Part shown: one piece after another, positions 1 through 12,068 of the stretch | Numbering within the stretch: the first letter of the stretch is position 1 | Layout: every line of letters starts with the position of its first letter | Source of the DNA: Mytilus californianus | Taxonomy: Eukaryota | Reading direction: 5' to 3' | DNA length: 64,000 nucleotides | Assembly (NCBI RefSeq): GCF_021869535.1 | Contig: NW_026262745.1 | Span: forward strand, 59,210,001-59,274,000 | Notes under the pieces: generated by a model | Database searches by the model: none | Told to the model about the DNA's origin: nothing | Seen by the model: the letters and a program-made list of their open reading frames with translations, nothing else | Program-made: the position numbers and the translations under genes

Positions 1-1544
1 ATCATTTTTACCATTTTGTCTTGATTTTACTCATTATCTTGAAACTATGGTCGAAAAAGATAAACTTTTAGCAGCAATAATGATATTCAAGAAAAGATCT
101 GCAAATTTGTTAAATGTTTTAAATCACCAGTTTGAATCCTTGAGGGTAATTGCTCTTTATTATGATTTTAACATTATTTTGAAATCATTTCCAAAATCAT
201 AGTAGAATAAGATCCAAGTGAGTAACACAGACTCTCGAGAGCCTCTATGTTTGACCAAATACAGGCTAATAACTAGTTATATTTTTGAAAAGGTTGATTG
301 ATAAATGGTTGTGATAAACGTCACTTACAGCACTCTTGGCTAAATCCCCACGACCACTTTATTTTGTTGTTGATATTTACAGAGAACCACCGTCATTTAG
401 TAGGTAAACTGGCAACTCTTGGTCTACTAAGATCGGGAAATGGTGCACTCACAACCCAAGTGTTGACATACTTATTGATGATCTAAACATTTTGATAATT
501 ACCAATTTAAAAATATATTGTAACAAACCCTTCTTCCGGAATACTTGGAGGTCATACTGGTTGTGCATGAACTTCAGGACGAGTATTTATTCTATGTTAT
601 GAATACTTTTGCAATAAACGAATTCTTCTATCATACGCACACACGCACACATATATATGTATGTAAAGTCAAGCATGATTTACAGAGGTTATGTCTGAAT
701 ATAAATGTAAGCCTAATGTAGAGCTTGAACATCTTGGTCAAGCATACACAGTTAATAATCATCTGCTTTGGGGATCTTTTAAATGAAAATTAGAGACACA
801 GCCATATCCTGCTCTTCATTTAACGAAACAGAAAAATATAAAAAGGAGAAGATGCTATTTGAAAAATTAGAAAAAATACACACCTTTTGTTTGCAATAAA
901 TTATTCAAATGATTTACAACATATTATAATGCTGAAACAGAACTAAGAATTCTGAGGATGGAAATAAATAATCGAATTCAAACAAAAGCAAAGGCAAAAT
1001 GGCAAGTCTTTATTTATTAAAAAAAGTGTTTAATTTATACTTGAATCAGCAACTAAACAGTGGGAATCCTCCCCCCCCCCCCCCCCCCCCCAAAAAAAAT
1101 CATGATAGAAAATGCTAAATTCTGAATGTTTGATAAACTGCTCTAGAGATATGTTATAATTAAGTCAATTTATTAGTATTTTTTTATTTTGACTAATCAA
1201 GAAATAGGATTGGACACAAGTTATAACAACTTATATTAAGTCCTCTCCTTAAATATACAATACACATATAATTTTTTATGATGGCAGCAAACACATAAAT
1301 AATATACCTTCAGTTATAGAAAAGAAAGGAAGGGGTCACACATTGGCATGGCAACAGAAAAAAACTCTTAAAAAAGCAAGAAGAACAGAAAAGAAGACAA
1401 AGACAAAACTGCTGACTTGGAATGTTAAATATTTTTGACTGTTTAATGAAACAACGAACTTTATCAAAAATTTAAGAGTTAGTTTCGTAATTTTATGCAC
1501 CTGTTCCCAACACTAGCCTTTCAGTATCAATGTTGAATAGGCAT

Positions 1545-1790
1545 GTTTAAAAATAAGGAGATGCGGTATGATTGCCGATGAGAAACTATCCACCAAAGTT
1601 CGAATGAAGTAGACGTAAGCAATTAAAAGCAACCGTACGGCCTTCAACAATGAGAAAAACTTATACCATATAGTTGGTTCTAAAAGACCCCGACATGAAA
1701 TATACGAAACAATCCAATTGAGAAAATAACGGCCTAATTACATTGTGCAACAGGCTCCTGACTTAGGACAGGCACATACAGAATGTGTGG
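1545..1790 (+). repeat. Abundant interspersed repeat (SINE/MITE-like) copy
   Basis: ATAAGGAGATGCGGTATGATTGCC...CCGTACGGCCTTCAACAATGAG head; related copies at ~52210-52490 (+) and ~63005-63145 (-). Boundaries approximate. Confidence 0.7.
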
Positions 1791-2183
1791 AGTAAAAACA
1801 TGTTTAGTTACTAGTATTTTTTTTTATCTATAAAAACGGCAGGCTGTTATGCTCCATTCTTTATATATATTATTATATATATTCATATTTATAAGATCAT
1901 TAACCATAGCTACTTTTTGGATATAATAAAATTAGCATTTTAGAAAGAAATGAATATCATCGTCAACAGGAGAGAAAAACTTACACCATATAGTTGGTTC
2001 TAAAATACCCCGACATGAAATTCACGAAACAATCCAATTGAGAAAATAACGGCCTAATTAACAGGCTCCTGACTTTGGACAGGCACATATATTCATATTT
2101 ATAAGATAATTAACCATAGCTACTCTTTGGTTATAATAAAATTAGCATTCTAGAAAGTAATGAATATCATCTTCAACAGGAGA
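1652..2183. repeat. Local tandem duplication (~320-bp unit; second copy internally deleted)
   Basis: GAGAAAAACTTAYACCATATAGTTGGTTCTAAA...CATCKTCAACAGGAGA occurs at ~1652 and ~1972; second copy lacks ~100 bp of the middle. Confidence 0.8.
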
Positions 2184-2685
2184 ACCACAGGAGCAGTTAG
2201 AATCATTCACTACATTTATCTTATTTAAGTCTGCATTTAGTGAACTGCACTGGTGCCTTAGTCTTGAATGCAGTATAAATTAAATTTTCTGGACCCTTCA
2301 CCACAGTATGTTGGAAGTCTAAATGTTCCCCCTTTATTTTTCTTTCAAATTGTGGTGATAGGTGGTGCGTTTCTTATGGTTTGATTTAAATTATTCCATT
2401 TTCTGACAGTAGATGGTACGAATGACTTTTCAGTTATTCGTAGTCTACATCTAGGGGATATATATATATAATTATCATTATTTCTTAGGTTTTATCTACT
2501 GACATCAGGTGTAACTGGAGGTAGACAGTCGATTAAATATTGGGGACACGATTTATTATGCAATTGATATTGTTAATGTTCGTTGTCTACGCCTTTCTGT
2601 TAAAGTTTCCAAGCCCGTTTCAAAATTTAAGGATTCTTAACTTGGAAATTGTGTAAGACCTACAACTATCCTTGTAGCTTCTAGT
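2100..2685 (-). mobile_element. CR1-type LINE, degraded 3' end of ORF2
   Basis: Minus-strand fragments LEATRIVVGLTQ..ETGLETLTERRRQR..CPQYLIDCLPP..EKSFVPSTVRKWNNL and RLRHQCSSLNADLNKINVVNDSNCSCGSPVEDDIHYFLEC resemble the CR1 ORF2 C-terminus; several stops/indels. Confidence 0.75.
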
Positions 2686-3119
2686 TTTTTTTTTTGTTTT
2701 TTTTTTTTTTATGGGGGGGGGGGTAGTTTATTAGATTCATATTCAAAACACCCATCCAATGCTTCGCATCCATATTCCAAAAGAGGTCTCATAAAATGAA
2801 ATAGACATTTGATAAACTTTTTTTGTTATAGTTATAGTTATTGACTAAGCATGTCGGTATATATTGTTTAATCTGAATGGCAAGGGTGATCCTACTTGTA
2901 TACTTTATTACCTTAAGCAGTTAAGCTTTACAGCTCATCATGTTCATCGATGTAAACAAGAAATAACAAGATATATTTGCAGTAAAACATGTAGACAGAG
3001 AATGTTAAATATTTTGTAAATACTGTCACTCATTTTAAAAGACAGCATAATTCCCCCCTCCCCCCTAAAAAAAAATCAACTGCTTAACATTTTGTAGACT
3101 AAACAACTGTGTCAGTTTA

Positions 3120-4160
3120 AATACTCTCGGTCTATACCAGTAGTATAGTTTTTGTAAACTTTGCCCGCAAGTCTCTGTATGCCGAACACACAAGAATAAA
3201 GTGGAACTCGTCCTCAATACTTTGACTACATACAATGCATAAACGATCTATTACAGGTACATTCAGAAAACGACCAGTCTCAATATTTAACGAATGTGAA
3301 GATAATCTTATTTTTGTAATATCCTTCCGGTATAAAGTAGGGATATATTTAGTCAAGAAATATAGTAAATCTAGGTTTGTGATTATTTATCTGTTAATAA
3401 CACACTTGCTACTGTTTTCCAGAAAAGAATATAGTTCTTGTGTTTTTATATCTTGTAGAAGCTCTTTTATTAGTGAAAATGCGTTTTCAAATGTTAGTTC
3501 AGTCTGGCGTAGCCACAATTCACCTAGTCCAATGTTGTGTAATTCATCCTTAATCAGTTTTACCCAATTCATCGACCTGCGAATGGTATATTTGCACAAG
3601 AAGCTTTAAGATCCTCGTAGAAACCTTTCAGAATACAGTTATTTGGGTTCAAAAGTTTGAGCCAATATTTAAAAATCTGCAGTTTACCTTTCACTACCAC
3701 GGGAATACGTCCCAATTCAAAATACACCATAGCAGTAATGGTTGATTGTTTCACTCCGAGTAATCTTTTACAAAAACATAAATGGACTTTTTCGATTTCA
3801 TCTGCTTTGGAAAATTCCCAAAAGTTAAAACACTACTAACATAGATATCAAAAAGTGCCAACAGAGTATGTACGTTCAGATTACAGTTTCTGCAATTAGA
3901 AAGCAGCGCAAATATCGACTTTTTTTTCCTTGTTCAGAAAGTTTCTTTTGTGCATTTGTAATTTTTCCTGTGAAGTTTAACATAAATCCTAGATAACAAA
4001 ACGTGTCCATTTTTTTTTCTTTGTTTTTGCCGTTGTGAAACAATTTTTCGTCTTCTCTAATATTACCCCCGTTTCTGAATATAACTACTTTTGTCTTGTC
4101 AATATTTATCGTTAAATCGAAATTTGTTGTGTACGATTCTAAGGAATCAAACACAGATTG
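3120..4160 (-). mobile_element. Non-LTR retrotransposon (CR1/L2-group) ORF2 3' remnant
   Basis: Consecutive broken minus ORFs: INIDKTKVVIFRNGG..FCYLGFML; MVYFELGRIP..FKYWLKLL; HSLNIETGRF..RLCIVCSQSIEDEFHFILVCSAYRDLR (C-terminal CCHC knuckle). Confidence 0.85.
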
Positions 4161-7100
4161 TATACTTGACACGTACGACTTAAGAGTTCGATTTAATGAG
4201 CCATCCCGACCGCGCAGATTAGATGCTATATACTGATTTGCCATTGATTGGTCAATACCTCTTTTAACACACAACGCCATAAATTTACATGAACGTTTTT
4301 GAAATATTTGGTGTACTTGTACTTGTAAATAATTGAATAAGGTAATGAACAAATAAGTATTATTACCAGTATTTACCTGAGTTTACCTGTCAAAAAAATG
4401 CGCGCAAATGTAATCAAAAGCTGCGCGCAAACGTAGTGATTTTTGCGCCCAAATGTTATGACGTTGCGCACGATGTTGGTACCAATTCCATTTTGCTATA
4501 GATTAGCATGAAAATAAATACGTAGACTGGACAGTTCGATAAAAATATAGTGATTTCTGGTTGAATTTATTACATTAGACTCGAAAATATAGAAAAAAAG
4601 GAACCGAAATTTAAAATATCAAGAATTATAACACTTAATTATCCCATTTTTACGCAAAAACGTAATGTCCAACGTTACATTTTGTGTGCAAAAGATCGGA
4701 GCTCCGTTTCTTTCCTACGGTATTTTTTTTTTTTGATAATCGTAAAACTTCACAAGAGTATTGCTATTGTTATTGTTATTCGCGTGTTAAAGCAAAATCA
4801 ATATCACTGAAAGCGTAAACCGGAAAATGTTATTTTTGAAACCGGTCTGAAAAATGTCCAAGCATATGCAAGGTAAGCATATATCGGGTTTGCGCATTTA
4901 TACCGTGAAATTGGAAAAGCTGAGAGGGAAAATATTTATGATATTTTGAAAGTTTTTTTACTTTTCTCCTGGTTCATGATATATATTTTTGCCGGAAACC
5001 ATGCGTATAGTTTCTATTGCAATGACTTCAAAAAGTATAGCCATCTTGTCCCAACGAAAAAAACGCTGTATTTTCTTTACAATTGAGGTTTTAACCGGCT
5101 GTATATTAAATAAGCATAGTTAGATCATAGAAAATAAAACTAGGCAGTAAAAGTTTTTTTCATTTTCTTTTTAAAGAATATAGTGTTTAACATTTTTTCG
5201 ATTGGTAACAAGATTTTTAGATCGTTTCAAAAAGTATAGCCGTTTTGTCCCAACGTTCGTAAAACGTAATTGATGTCATGCTCGGGTTTTTAATTTTATA
5301 TCATAATTATTTGTTTCCAGTTTAATTCGAATGAAAATAAAAATATAAGTTATAATATAACCAATGTATGATAAAGGAAAAGTTTAAGTTTTACATCAAA
5401 TGTTGACCAAATGAGATTGATATAAAAAAATATCGGGATCTTAGTTTTTTTTTCAGCACATTCATGACATTTGTTTTATTCAAGGAACGTTGCCTATCTG
5501 CAAGTTTTTAAAAATCATCAAAAGCAACATGCATATTTTTTTGGTTTATAAAATAAAATAGAGAAAAACTATTGCTGGCAATTATAACAAAACAAAGGAT
5601 ATGCATATGCCACAAAAATACGGAAATGAGAAAAACATGAATCCAAAATGTTTAACTATCTAGAAATTTTGCGACATAGAAAGCATCGGGAAATGATAAA
5701 ATATAGAAAGGAAACGGAAACGGAAACGGAAGGAAATGCAACAAAAGGAGTATGTATAAACATGCATTAAAAAGGGAAAATAGATTCAAAATCTAATTTA
5801 TATTTAAAACAAATCTGTATAAATTTGGAAATTAATGTATGATTCATTAATGCGAACTGCTGCCAAAAGGAAAATTATCAATTATGGCCTGGAAAGACTG
5901 ACAACTCCTATAAATGAATATTCATTAACAAAAATATGTGTACGACCACTTTGAGTTTTATTTGTTAAACTAAATTTACAGAAATCGGTTATCAAATTCA
6001 CAACAGTAGATTGACCTCATCAATTATAAGCTTAAACGCTTGAAATGTTCTTTGAAATCGTCGATATCGCTTCATTATGAGGAACGTCGTGTAACGCTAA
6101 GTAGTACCAACATCGTGCGTAACGTCTATGGTAATGCGCGCAAACGTAATGCACCGGAAAAAATACTTGCATGGTTTCAATTCACAAGGATTTCTAAATC
6201 CTTGCATCTCACAAAAACATAATTGATATTTTACAATAATCATAACAACATTTAATTACTATCATAATGTTAATTATTTTATACTGTTTTAGTATGGATT
6301 TATAAGTCTCTGCTTATATTTTGTATAGCTATACATTCATTTAGTGGAATGTTAGACTTTTAAAAGTGATTGATTTTAATAAAATGTCCATCCGTAAATA
6401 CTTGACGTTTGTGTTTATTGATATTGTATTCTAAATTTTCAGGAATTTATGTTAATTATAAAATTTCAATTCTTTTTTTATTTGTTTGATTTAATTGTTT
6501 AACCTTATAGCATCTACATATTTGTACTATGGTACGATTTTGAAAATTGGATTCATTGTGTTGGCTAGCTATCATTCACATTATATATCATCTTGTTCAC
6601 ACGCACACTATCGGTTTGCGTTCAAAAATATTCCGGATAAAATGTCAATGAATCCCGTGTCAAAACACTTGAGGTAGGTAGTTTGACAAACGAATTCAAC
6701 AATTAGATTAATATATGTCATGACGCAGTTAAATGCGTATTCGTATCCAGAGTATCAGTGCGTATGCTTTCTAATTACTTTTTCTTGCGTAAAATTACCA
6801 CGTGCATGCATTAATATTAGTTTCACTCGTTAATGCGAATTTTCGCTTTTCTTATCTAAATTCAGGACACGGCAGTAAGAGCTCAACATGTGACTTTCAA
6901 GCAAGGTCATCATTACTTACGATATTCTGACCTCTAGCTGTTTCTCTTTTGTTTTATTTTTTGAGTCACTGTCCTATTATAAACTTTGACTTTTTCAAAA
7001 TGCTAAGGATTTTCTACCAAAGGAATAGATTACTTAACTTCGTTACTTTATTTGGCTTTTTTGACTTTTTTTCTATTCGAGCGTCACTGATGATTCCTTG

Positions 7101-7961
7101 TTGTTTTAAATCTCGTCTGGCGTACAACATTTTAATCCTGGTATCTTTTTATAACTATATATCTTTTTATATAAATTGGTTCTTTTGAACGTATGTTCAG
7201 GTATTCATAAAACTTCTGAAAATAAGATATTCTTCAAAACTGAGTTTTCCTGTAGAATATTTGGATTGATTTAAGTAAAATCAGGAAATCAGGAAAAATT
7301 GAGATGTTTTATGAGACCAAAATAAGTCTCAATATAAGAGGTCCCAATGAAGCTGGTGTGTTACTTTCAAGAAAAATCTACTTAACCTTCTTATAAATTG
7401 AATGCCACAAAGTTTCACTTCACATGGAAATTAGACTTTAAATTTATCTATACAACATCTACCATGAGTACAGACAATAACGAGTTGAGAATAATTGAAG
7501 GTTTCCAAAAAACAAAATATGAAGATATGATAGATAAAATAATAACATCTAGATTATAAAGCAAACTGAGTGCTTAAATTTATATTGAGATAGTTTTGTG
7601 CAATTTGATTTATACATCCGGTTTGTAGAAACTGAGATTTGCAAAAGGGTTATGACAAAATGATGTACACTCTCAAGCAATGAATAAAAAAGTCGAGCCT
7701 TAAAATGTATACTCAAATAGCTGTATATATACACTTTTCTATTCACAACTATCCAACATTGCTTTCAACTGACTTGTGCAAGAATCTACACACAATTACA
7801 TATTTTTAATAAAGGTGTTTTATCATCAACATTATCTTATTCGAATCACAGTCAATTATTTCAATTCAAAAGCAAACAAAAATTCAGCAACAGCAACAAT
7901 TTTTTGGTGTTAGCGTTTTTCTACGTATTGTTTTTCCTTTTTTAAAGAAAGCAACTTGTTT

Positions 7962-7967
7962 TATATT
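7962..7967. other. Target-site duplication TATATT (left copy)
   Basis: TATATT immediately precedes AGTAGTATG; identical hexamer at 26428-26433. Confidence 0.97.
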
Positions 7968-8479
7968 AGTAGTATGAAATGGGGTCAGTCCCCCACAATT
8001 CCCCCACAGGAAGCCACGTCACAGCTAATCCTCTTAACTATGACGTAGTATCCGGTCTATAATCTCTTAATCCTCTTAACTGCTACTTAACATCCGGGTT
8101 ATAATCCTCTTAACTGAAGTGGATTAATCTCTTAATCCTCTTAACTGCTACTTAACATCCTGGTTATAATCCTCTTAACTGAAGTGGATTAATCTCTTAA
8201 TCTTCTTAACTTGTACTTAACATCCTGGTTATAATCCTCTTAACTGAAGTAGATTAATCTTGTAATCCTCTTAACTTGTACTTAACATCCTGGTTATAAT
8301 CCTCTTAACTGAAGTAGATTAATCTTGTAATCCTCTTAACTGCTACTTAACATCCTGGTTAAAATCCGGTGGTGGAAAATTAACGGAAGTGTTTTTAATC
8401 CCCCTACCCTCCTACGTATGATCTTGTAAACGTGGTATACACGTTGACCTATCCACGTTTACATCCTGAAGTATAATCT
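7968..8479 (+). repeat. Left terminal inverted repeat, 512 bp
   Basis: Line-by-line comparison with the reverse complement of 25916-26427 showed no mismatch. Confidence 0.97.
8058..8362 (+). repeat. 65-bp tandem array (~4.5 units) inside the TIR; mirrored at 26033-26337
   Basis: CATCC anchor recurs at 8091, 8156, 8221, 8286, 8351; each unit has two TAATCCTCTTAACT-like subrepeats. Confidence 0.95.
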
Positions 8480-8521
8480 TGTAAACGTTACACACACGTT
8501 GACCTATCCACGTTTACATCC
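8421..8521 (+). repeat. 55-bp direct repeat (x2) at the inner left TIR border, upstream of polB
   Basis: ATCTTGTAAACG..ACACGTTGACCTATCCACGTTTACATCC at 8421 and 8476; the second copy lies mostly outside the TIR and has no right-end counterpart; TATA-like TATATAA at ~8527 follows. Confidence 0.85.
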
Positions 8522-8567
8522 CTTAGTATATAATGCAATGTGAACTAGTATCAATCATTCATTCAAT

Positions 8568-11500
8568 ATGGAAAATTATAACCATCACATGATTGACCAA
8601 CTGGTAAAAGTTATTCCACAAGATGTGTTACAGAAGTTACAACAGCTGTCAGCGCAGGACTTTAATGCAGTCTTACATTCAGTTAAACAACATAATCCAA
8701 CAGAAAAACAACTTGATAAAACTCCTACAGGAAAAGATGACAATGTAACAGATAAAGATAATGTATCAAATTTTAAGTGCCGAACATGCGGTAAGAAGTA
8801 TGCAAGAAAAGATCATTTAATTCGACACCAACACAACCATTCGAATATAAATTATGAATGTGAACATTGTGGTTTCACCACGAAAAGGAAAGATGTTTTA
8901 TCTACACATATGCAGGGAAAACATAATGTAAAGAAAAGAGCACAGAAGGAAGACAATGTACAACCCCCACGTAAACGTCAGAGGACAGAAGATGTTGACC
9001 AACCTCTCGAGGAACGAGTACGCAATGCAAGAGAGAAAAGATCGTTAACAACAACAGCTCTGAACGATGGTGTGGAAAATATTCAATTACAACCCAGCAA
9101 CAATGAAGAAAGATATGACTTGATGTTATTTTTCAAAGAAAAACAAGTGGATATTGTGCAAATATTAGAGGACAGGCTACTTAGAAATAATATAAAGTTT
9201 TATTTGAGTGTACATGTTAGAATGATTAAATATTCACCAGATGGAAAATACGACGAAGCTGAGCCGCATTTCAATAGTAAAGTGTGTACCATTTTACAAT
9301 CTGGTGCTAGTGAAATACCTCACGAGTTGAATAAAGGATTTCAAAAAGTATTCATTTCTTTCGAAGAATTCATCAAGAATGGGAGTGGATGGCAACTTGA
9401 AGAGGTTTTACAGCTCGATCTGTGCGTCACAAAGTACAAACCGTTAAAAGGAGGTAGTTATTTGGAACTACCAACATCACTTAAAAGATCGAACTGTATA
9501 CTCAACATTCAGAACTTGGACAACAAATGTTTTTTATGGACTGTTCTTTCAAGTATGCATAACTTTCAACGAAATCCAGAAAATGTAGAGAATTATGTTC
9601 CATTTGTTAACTCGGTTAACATGACTGGTATCGAGTATCCAACTCCGTTATCTCAAATATCACAATTCGAAAAACAGAATAACACTATCTCAGTTAACAT
9701 TTTTGGATACGAAGAAGGAGAAATCTACCCGTTATACATCACTAAGAAAACCTACTGTCATCATGTGAATATGTTATATTTAAAAGAAAACAACAAAAGT
9801 CATTATGTGTTGATAAACAACTTTAACAGGTTTTTATCGAGAACAAAGAAACATCGTGAAGAACATTTTTTTTGTTATCTTTGTTTGCAAGGATTTACTG
9901 ATAAATGCAAACTAGAGATGCATAAAGCAGACTGTGGAAAATTTGATTTTCAAAAAATTACACTTCCCAAGGAGGGTGAGGTTCTGGAATTCAAAGAATA
10001 TGCAAAAACCGCCCGAATTCCGTTTGTAATCTATGCTGATTTTGAGTGTTTAACACGGAAAGTCGATACTTGTCATCCGAATCCCAACACGTCAAGTACA
10101 ACTACATACCAACAAATGGAACCTTATAGTTTTGGTTATCAAAGAGTGTCAATTGATAAGCGATACGAAAAACCACCCGTTATATACCGTGGACCTGATG
10201 TTGTGGAGAACTTTATCCGTCATCTTCTTGAAGAAGAGAAAGAAATTAAAGACATACTAAGCCGCATCGAGCCAATGATAGTAACTGAGTATGATAAATT
10301 AGACTACAAATATGCCAAAAAATGTAAAAAAACCTTCAGCAGCAAAAATTACAAAGTCAAGGACCATGACCACGTTTCGGGGTCAATTCGTGGAATTTCG
10401 TGTAATAACTGTAATTTACAGATCAAAATACCGAAATTTATACCTATTGTTATTCATAATTTGAAAGGATTTGATGCAAATCTCATCATGAGTAAAATAG
10501 GAAAGTTTAAGGAACAAGACATCACTGTTATTCCACACAACAAAGAAAAATATATGTCATTTTCTATAGGAAATCTCCGTTTTATTGATTCTTTGCAATT
10601 TTTAAACAGTTCACTGGCAACTTTAACAAAAAACCTAGCTGACGAAGGAAAAAAACATTTTAAATACTTATCTAAAAGTTTTCCGGATCCAGATGTATTT
10701 TCTCTATTGCTACGAAAAGGAGTATTCCCCTATGATTATGTTGATACCGAGCAGAAATTGGAAAAACCTTGTTTACCATCCAAAGAAGATTTTTTTAACA
10801 AATTAGGAGACACTCACATATCTGATGAAGATTATCAATTTGCGCAAACAGTGTGGGACAAACTGAAAGTAAAAACATTAGGGGAATACTCCGATGTGTA
10901 TCTTAAAATGGATGTTGCTCTTTTGACGGATGTTTTTGAAAAATTTAGATACATTTCTTTGCACGACTATGATTTGGATCCGTGTCATTATTTCACCACC
11001 CCCGGATTTAGTTGGAGTGCCATGTTGAAGAAAACTGGAATTGTACTCGATTTAATCAGCGATATAGATATGATGTTGTTTATAGAGAAGGGAATAAGAG
11101 GTGGTGTATCTAGTATTTTTCATAGATATGCTAAAGCAAACAATCCATACTTATTCGATACGTATGAACCAACTGAATCTACTTCCTATTTATCTTATTT
11201 AGACGCAAACAATTTATATGGTTGGAGCATGTCTCAATGTCTTCCGTATGGTCACTTCAACTGGCTTACCGAGGAGGAGAAAATAAAATTAGATATCACA
11301 AAATTAAAAGTTGACGGTTCAGACGGATACATTTTCGAAGTTGACCTTGAATATCCATCGTCACTTCATTCTTCTCATTCCGATTTTCCTTTAGCTCCAG
11401 AAAGAAAACATATTCAAGTAGAACATTTATCTCCATATTCAAAGGAATTATTGCAATATTTAACTGGAAAGCAATGTTTGACAAAGATAGAAAAACTCGT

Positions 11501-12068
11501 TCCTAACCTATACGATAAGGAAAAATACATAGTGCATTATAGAAACTTACAACTATACGTAGAGTTAGGAATGAAGATCAAAAAGATACACAGAGTACTC
11601 AAGTTTAAACAAAGTCCCTGGTTGAAGAAGTACATAGACTTTAACACAGAAAAAAGGAAAAATGCAAAGAATGAATTTGAGAAATGTTTATATAAGCTGT
11701 TGAATAATTCAATTTTTGGTCGGACCCTCCTCAATACACGCAAGCATAAAGATGTGAAACTTTGTCACACGGAAGAGAAACTTAATAAAGAAACAGCTAA
11801 ACCATCCTACGCATCTTGCAAAATATTTAACGAAAATTTGGTAGCAGTGGAGAAAAAACGTGTGAATGTTTTAATGAAACAACCAATATACGTAGGTTTT
11901 TGCATTTTAGACTTATCCAAGTTTTTGATGTATGATTTTCATTATAACCATATGAAATCTCTGTATGGTGATAAAATTCGTGTGTGTTTTTCCGATACTG
12001 ATAGCTTTTTATATCACGTTGAAACGGAAGATGTGTATGAAGATATGCATCATTATCAAGATATTTAA
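8568..12068 (+). CDS. polB: Protein-primed family B DNA polymerase with N-terminal C2H2 zinc fingers and an endonuclease VII-like insert; ends at a premature TAA
   Basis: ExoI FVIYADFEC, ExoII IHNLKGFD, motif A YLDANNLYG, motif B KLLNNSIFG, motif C SDTDS; two C2H2 fingers at 8772-8924; DHDHVSGSIRGISCNNCN at ~10362-10415. Confidence 0.96.
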   Translation: MENYNHHMIDQLVKVIPQDVLQKLQQLSAQDFNAVLHSVKQHNPTEKQLDKTPTGKDDNVTDKDNVSNFKCRTCGKKYARKDHLIRHQHNHSNINYECEHCGFTTKRKDVLSTHMQGKHNVKKRAQKEDNVQPPRKRQRTEDVDQPLEERVRNAREKRSLTTTALNDGVENIQLQPSNNEERYDLMLFFKEKQVDIVQILEDRLLRNNIKFYLSVHVRMIKYSPDGKYDEAEPHFNSKVCTILQSGASEIPHELNKGFQKVFISFEEFIKNGSGWQLEEVLQLDLCVTKYKPLKGGSYLELPTSLKRSNCILNIQNLDNKCFLWTVLSSMHNFQRNPENVENYVPFVNSVNMTGIEYPTPLSQISQFEKQNNTISVNIFGYEEGEIYPLYITKKTYCHHVNMLYLKENNKSHYVLINNFNRFLSRTKKHREEHFFCYLCLQGFTDKCKLEMHKADCGKFDFQKITLPKEGEVLEFKEYAKTARIPFVIYADFECLTRKVDTCHPNPNTSSTTTYQQMEPYSFGYQRVSIDKRYEKPPVIYRGPDVVENFIRHLLEEEKEIKDILSRIEPMIVTEYDKLDYKYAKKCKKTFSSKNYKVKDHDHVSGSIRGISCNNCNLQIKIPKFIPIVIHNLKGFDANLIMSKIGKFKEQDITVIPHNKEKYMSFSIGNLRFIDSLQFLNSSLATLTKNLADEGKKHFKYLSKSFPDPDVFSLLLRKGVFPYDYVDTEQKLEKPCLPSKEDFFNKLGDTHISDEDYQFAQTVWDKLKVKTLGEYSDVYLKMDVALLTDVFEKFRYISLHDYDLDPCHYFTTPGFSWSAMLKKTGIVLDLISDIDMMLFIEKGIRGGVSSIFHRYAKANNPYLFDTYEPTESTSYLSYLDANNLYGWSMSQCLPYGHFNWLTEEEKIKLDITKLKVDGSDGYIFEVDLEYPSSLHSSHSDFPLAPERKHIQVEHLSPYSKELLQYLTGKQCLTKIEKLVPNLYDKEKYIVHYRNLQLYVELGMKIKKIHRVLKFKQSPWLKKYIDFNTEKRKNAKNEFEKCLYKLLNNSIFGRTLLNTRKHKDVKLCHTEEKLNKETAKPSYASCKIFNENLVAVEKKRVNVLMKQPIYVGFCILDLSKFLMYDFHYNHMKSLYGDKIRVCFSDTDSFLYHVETEDVYEDMHHYQDI

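Noticed and set aside
388-480. Possible minus-strand last exon IINKYVNTWVVSAPFPDLSRPRVASLPTK*
   Set aside because: No partner exons and no recognisable domain.
4455-6125. ~25-bp inverted pair (GACGTTGCGCACGATGTTGGTAC / GTACCAACATCGTGCGTAACGTC) as transposon TIRs
   Set aside because: I could not define termini or a TSD; probably fragments of a repeat family.
7981-8010. GGGGTCAGTCCCC as an NF-kB site
   Set aside because: Does not fit GGGRNNYYCC spacing; only a quasi-palindrome.
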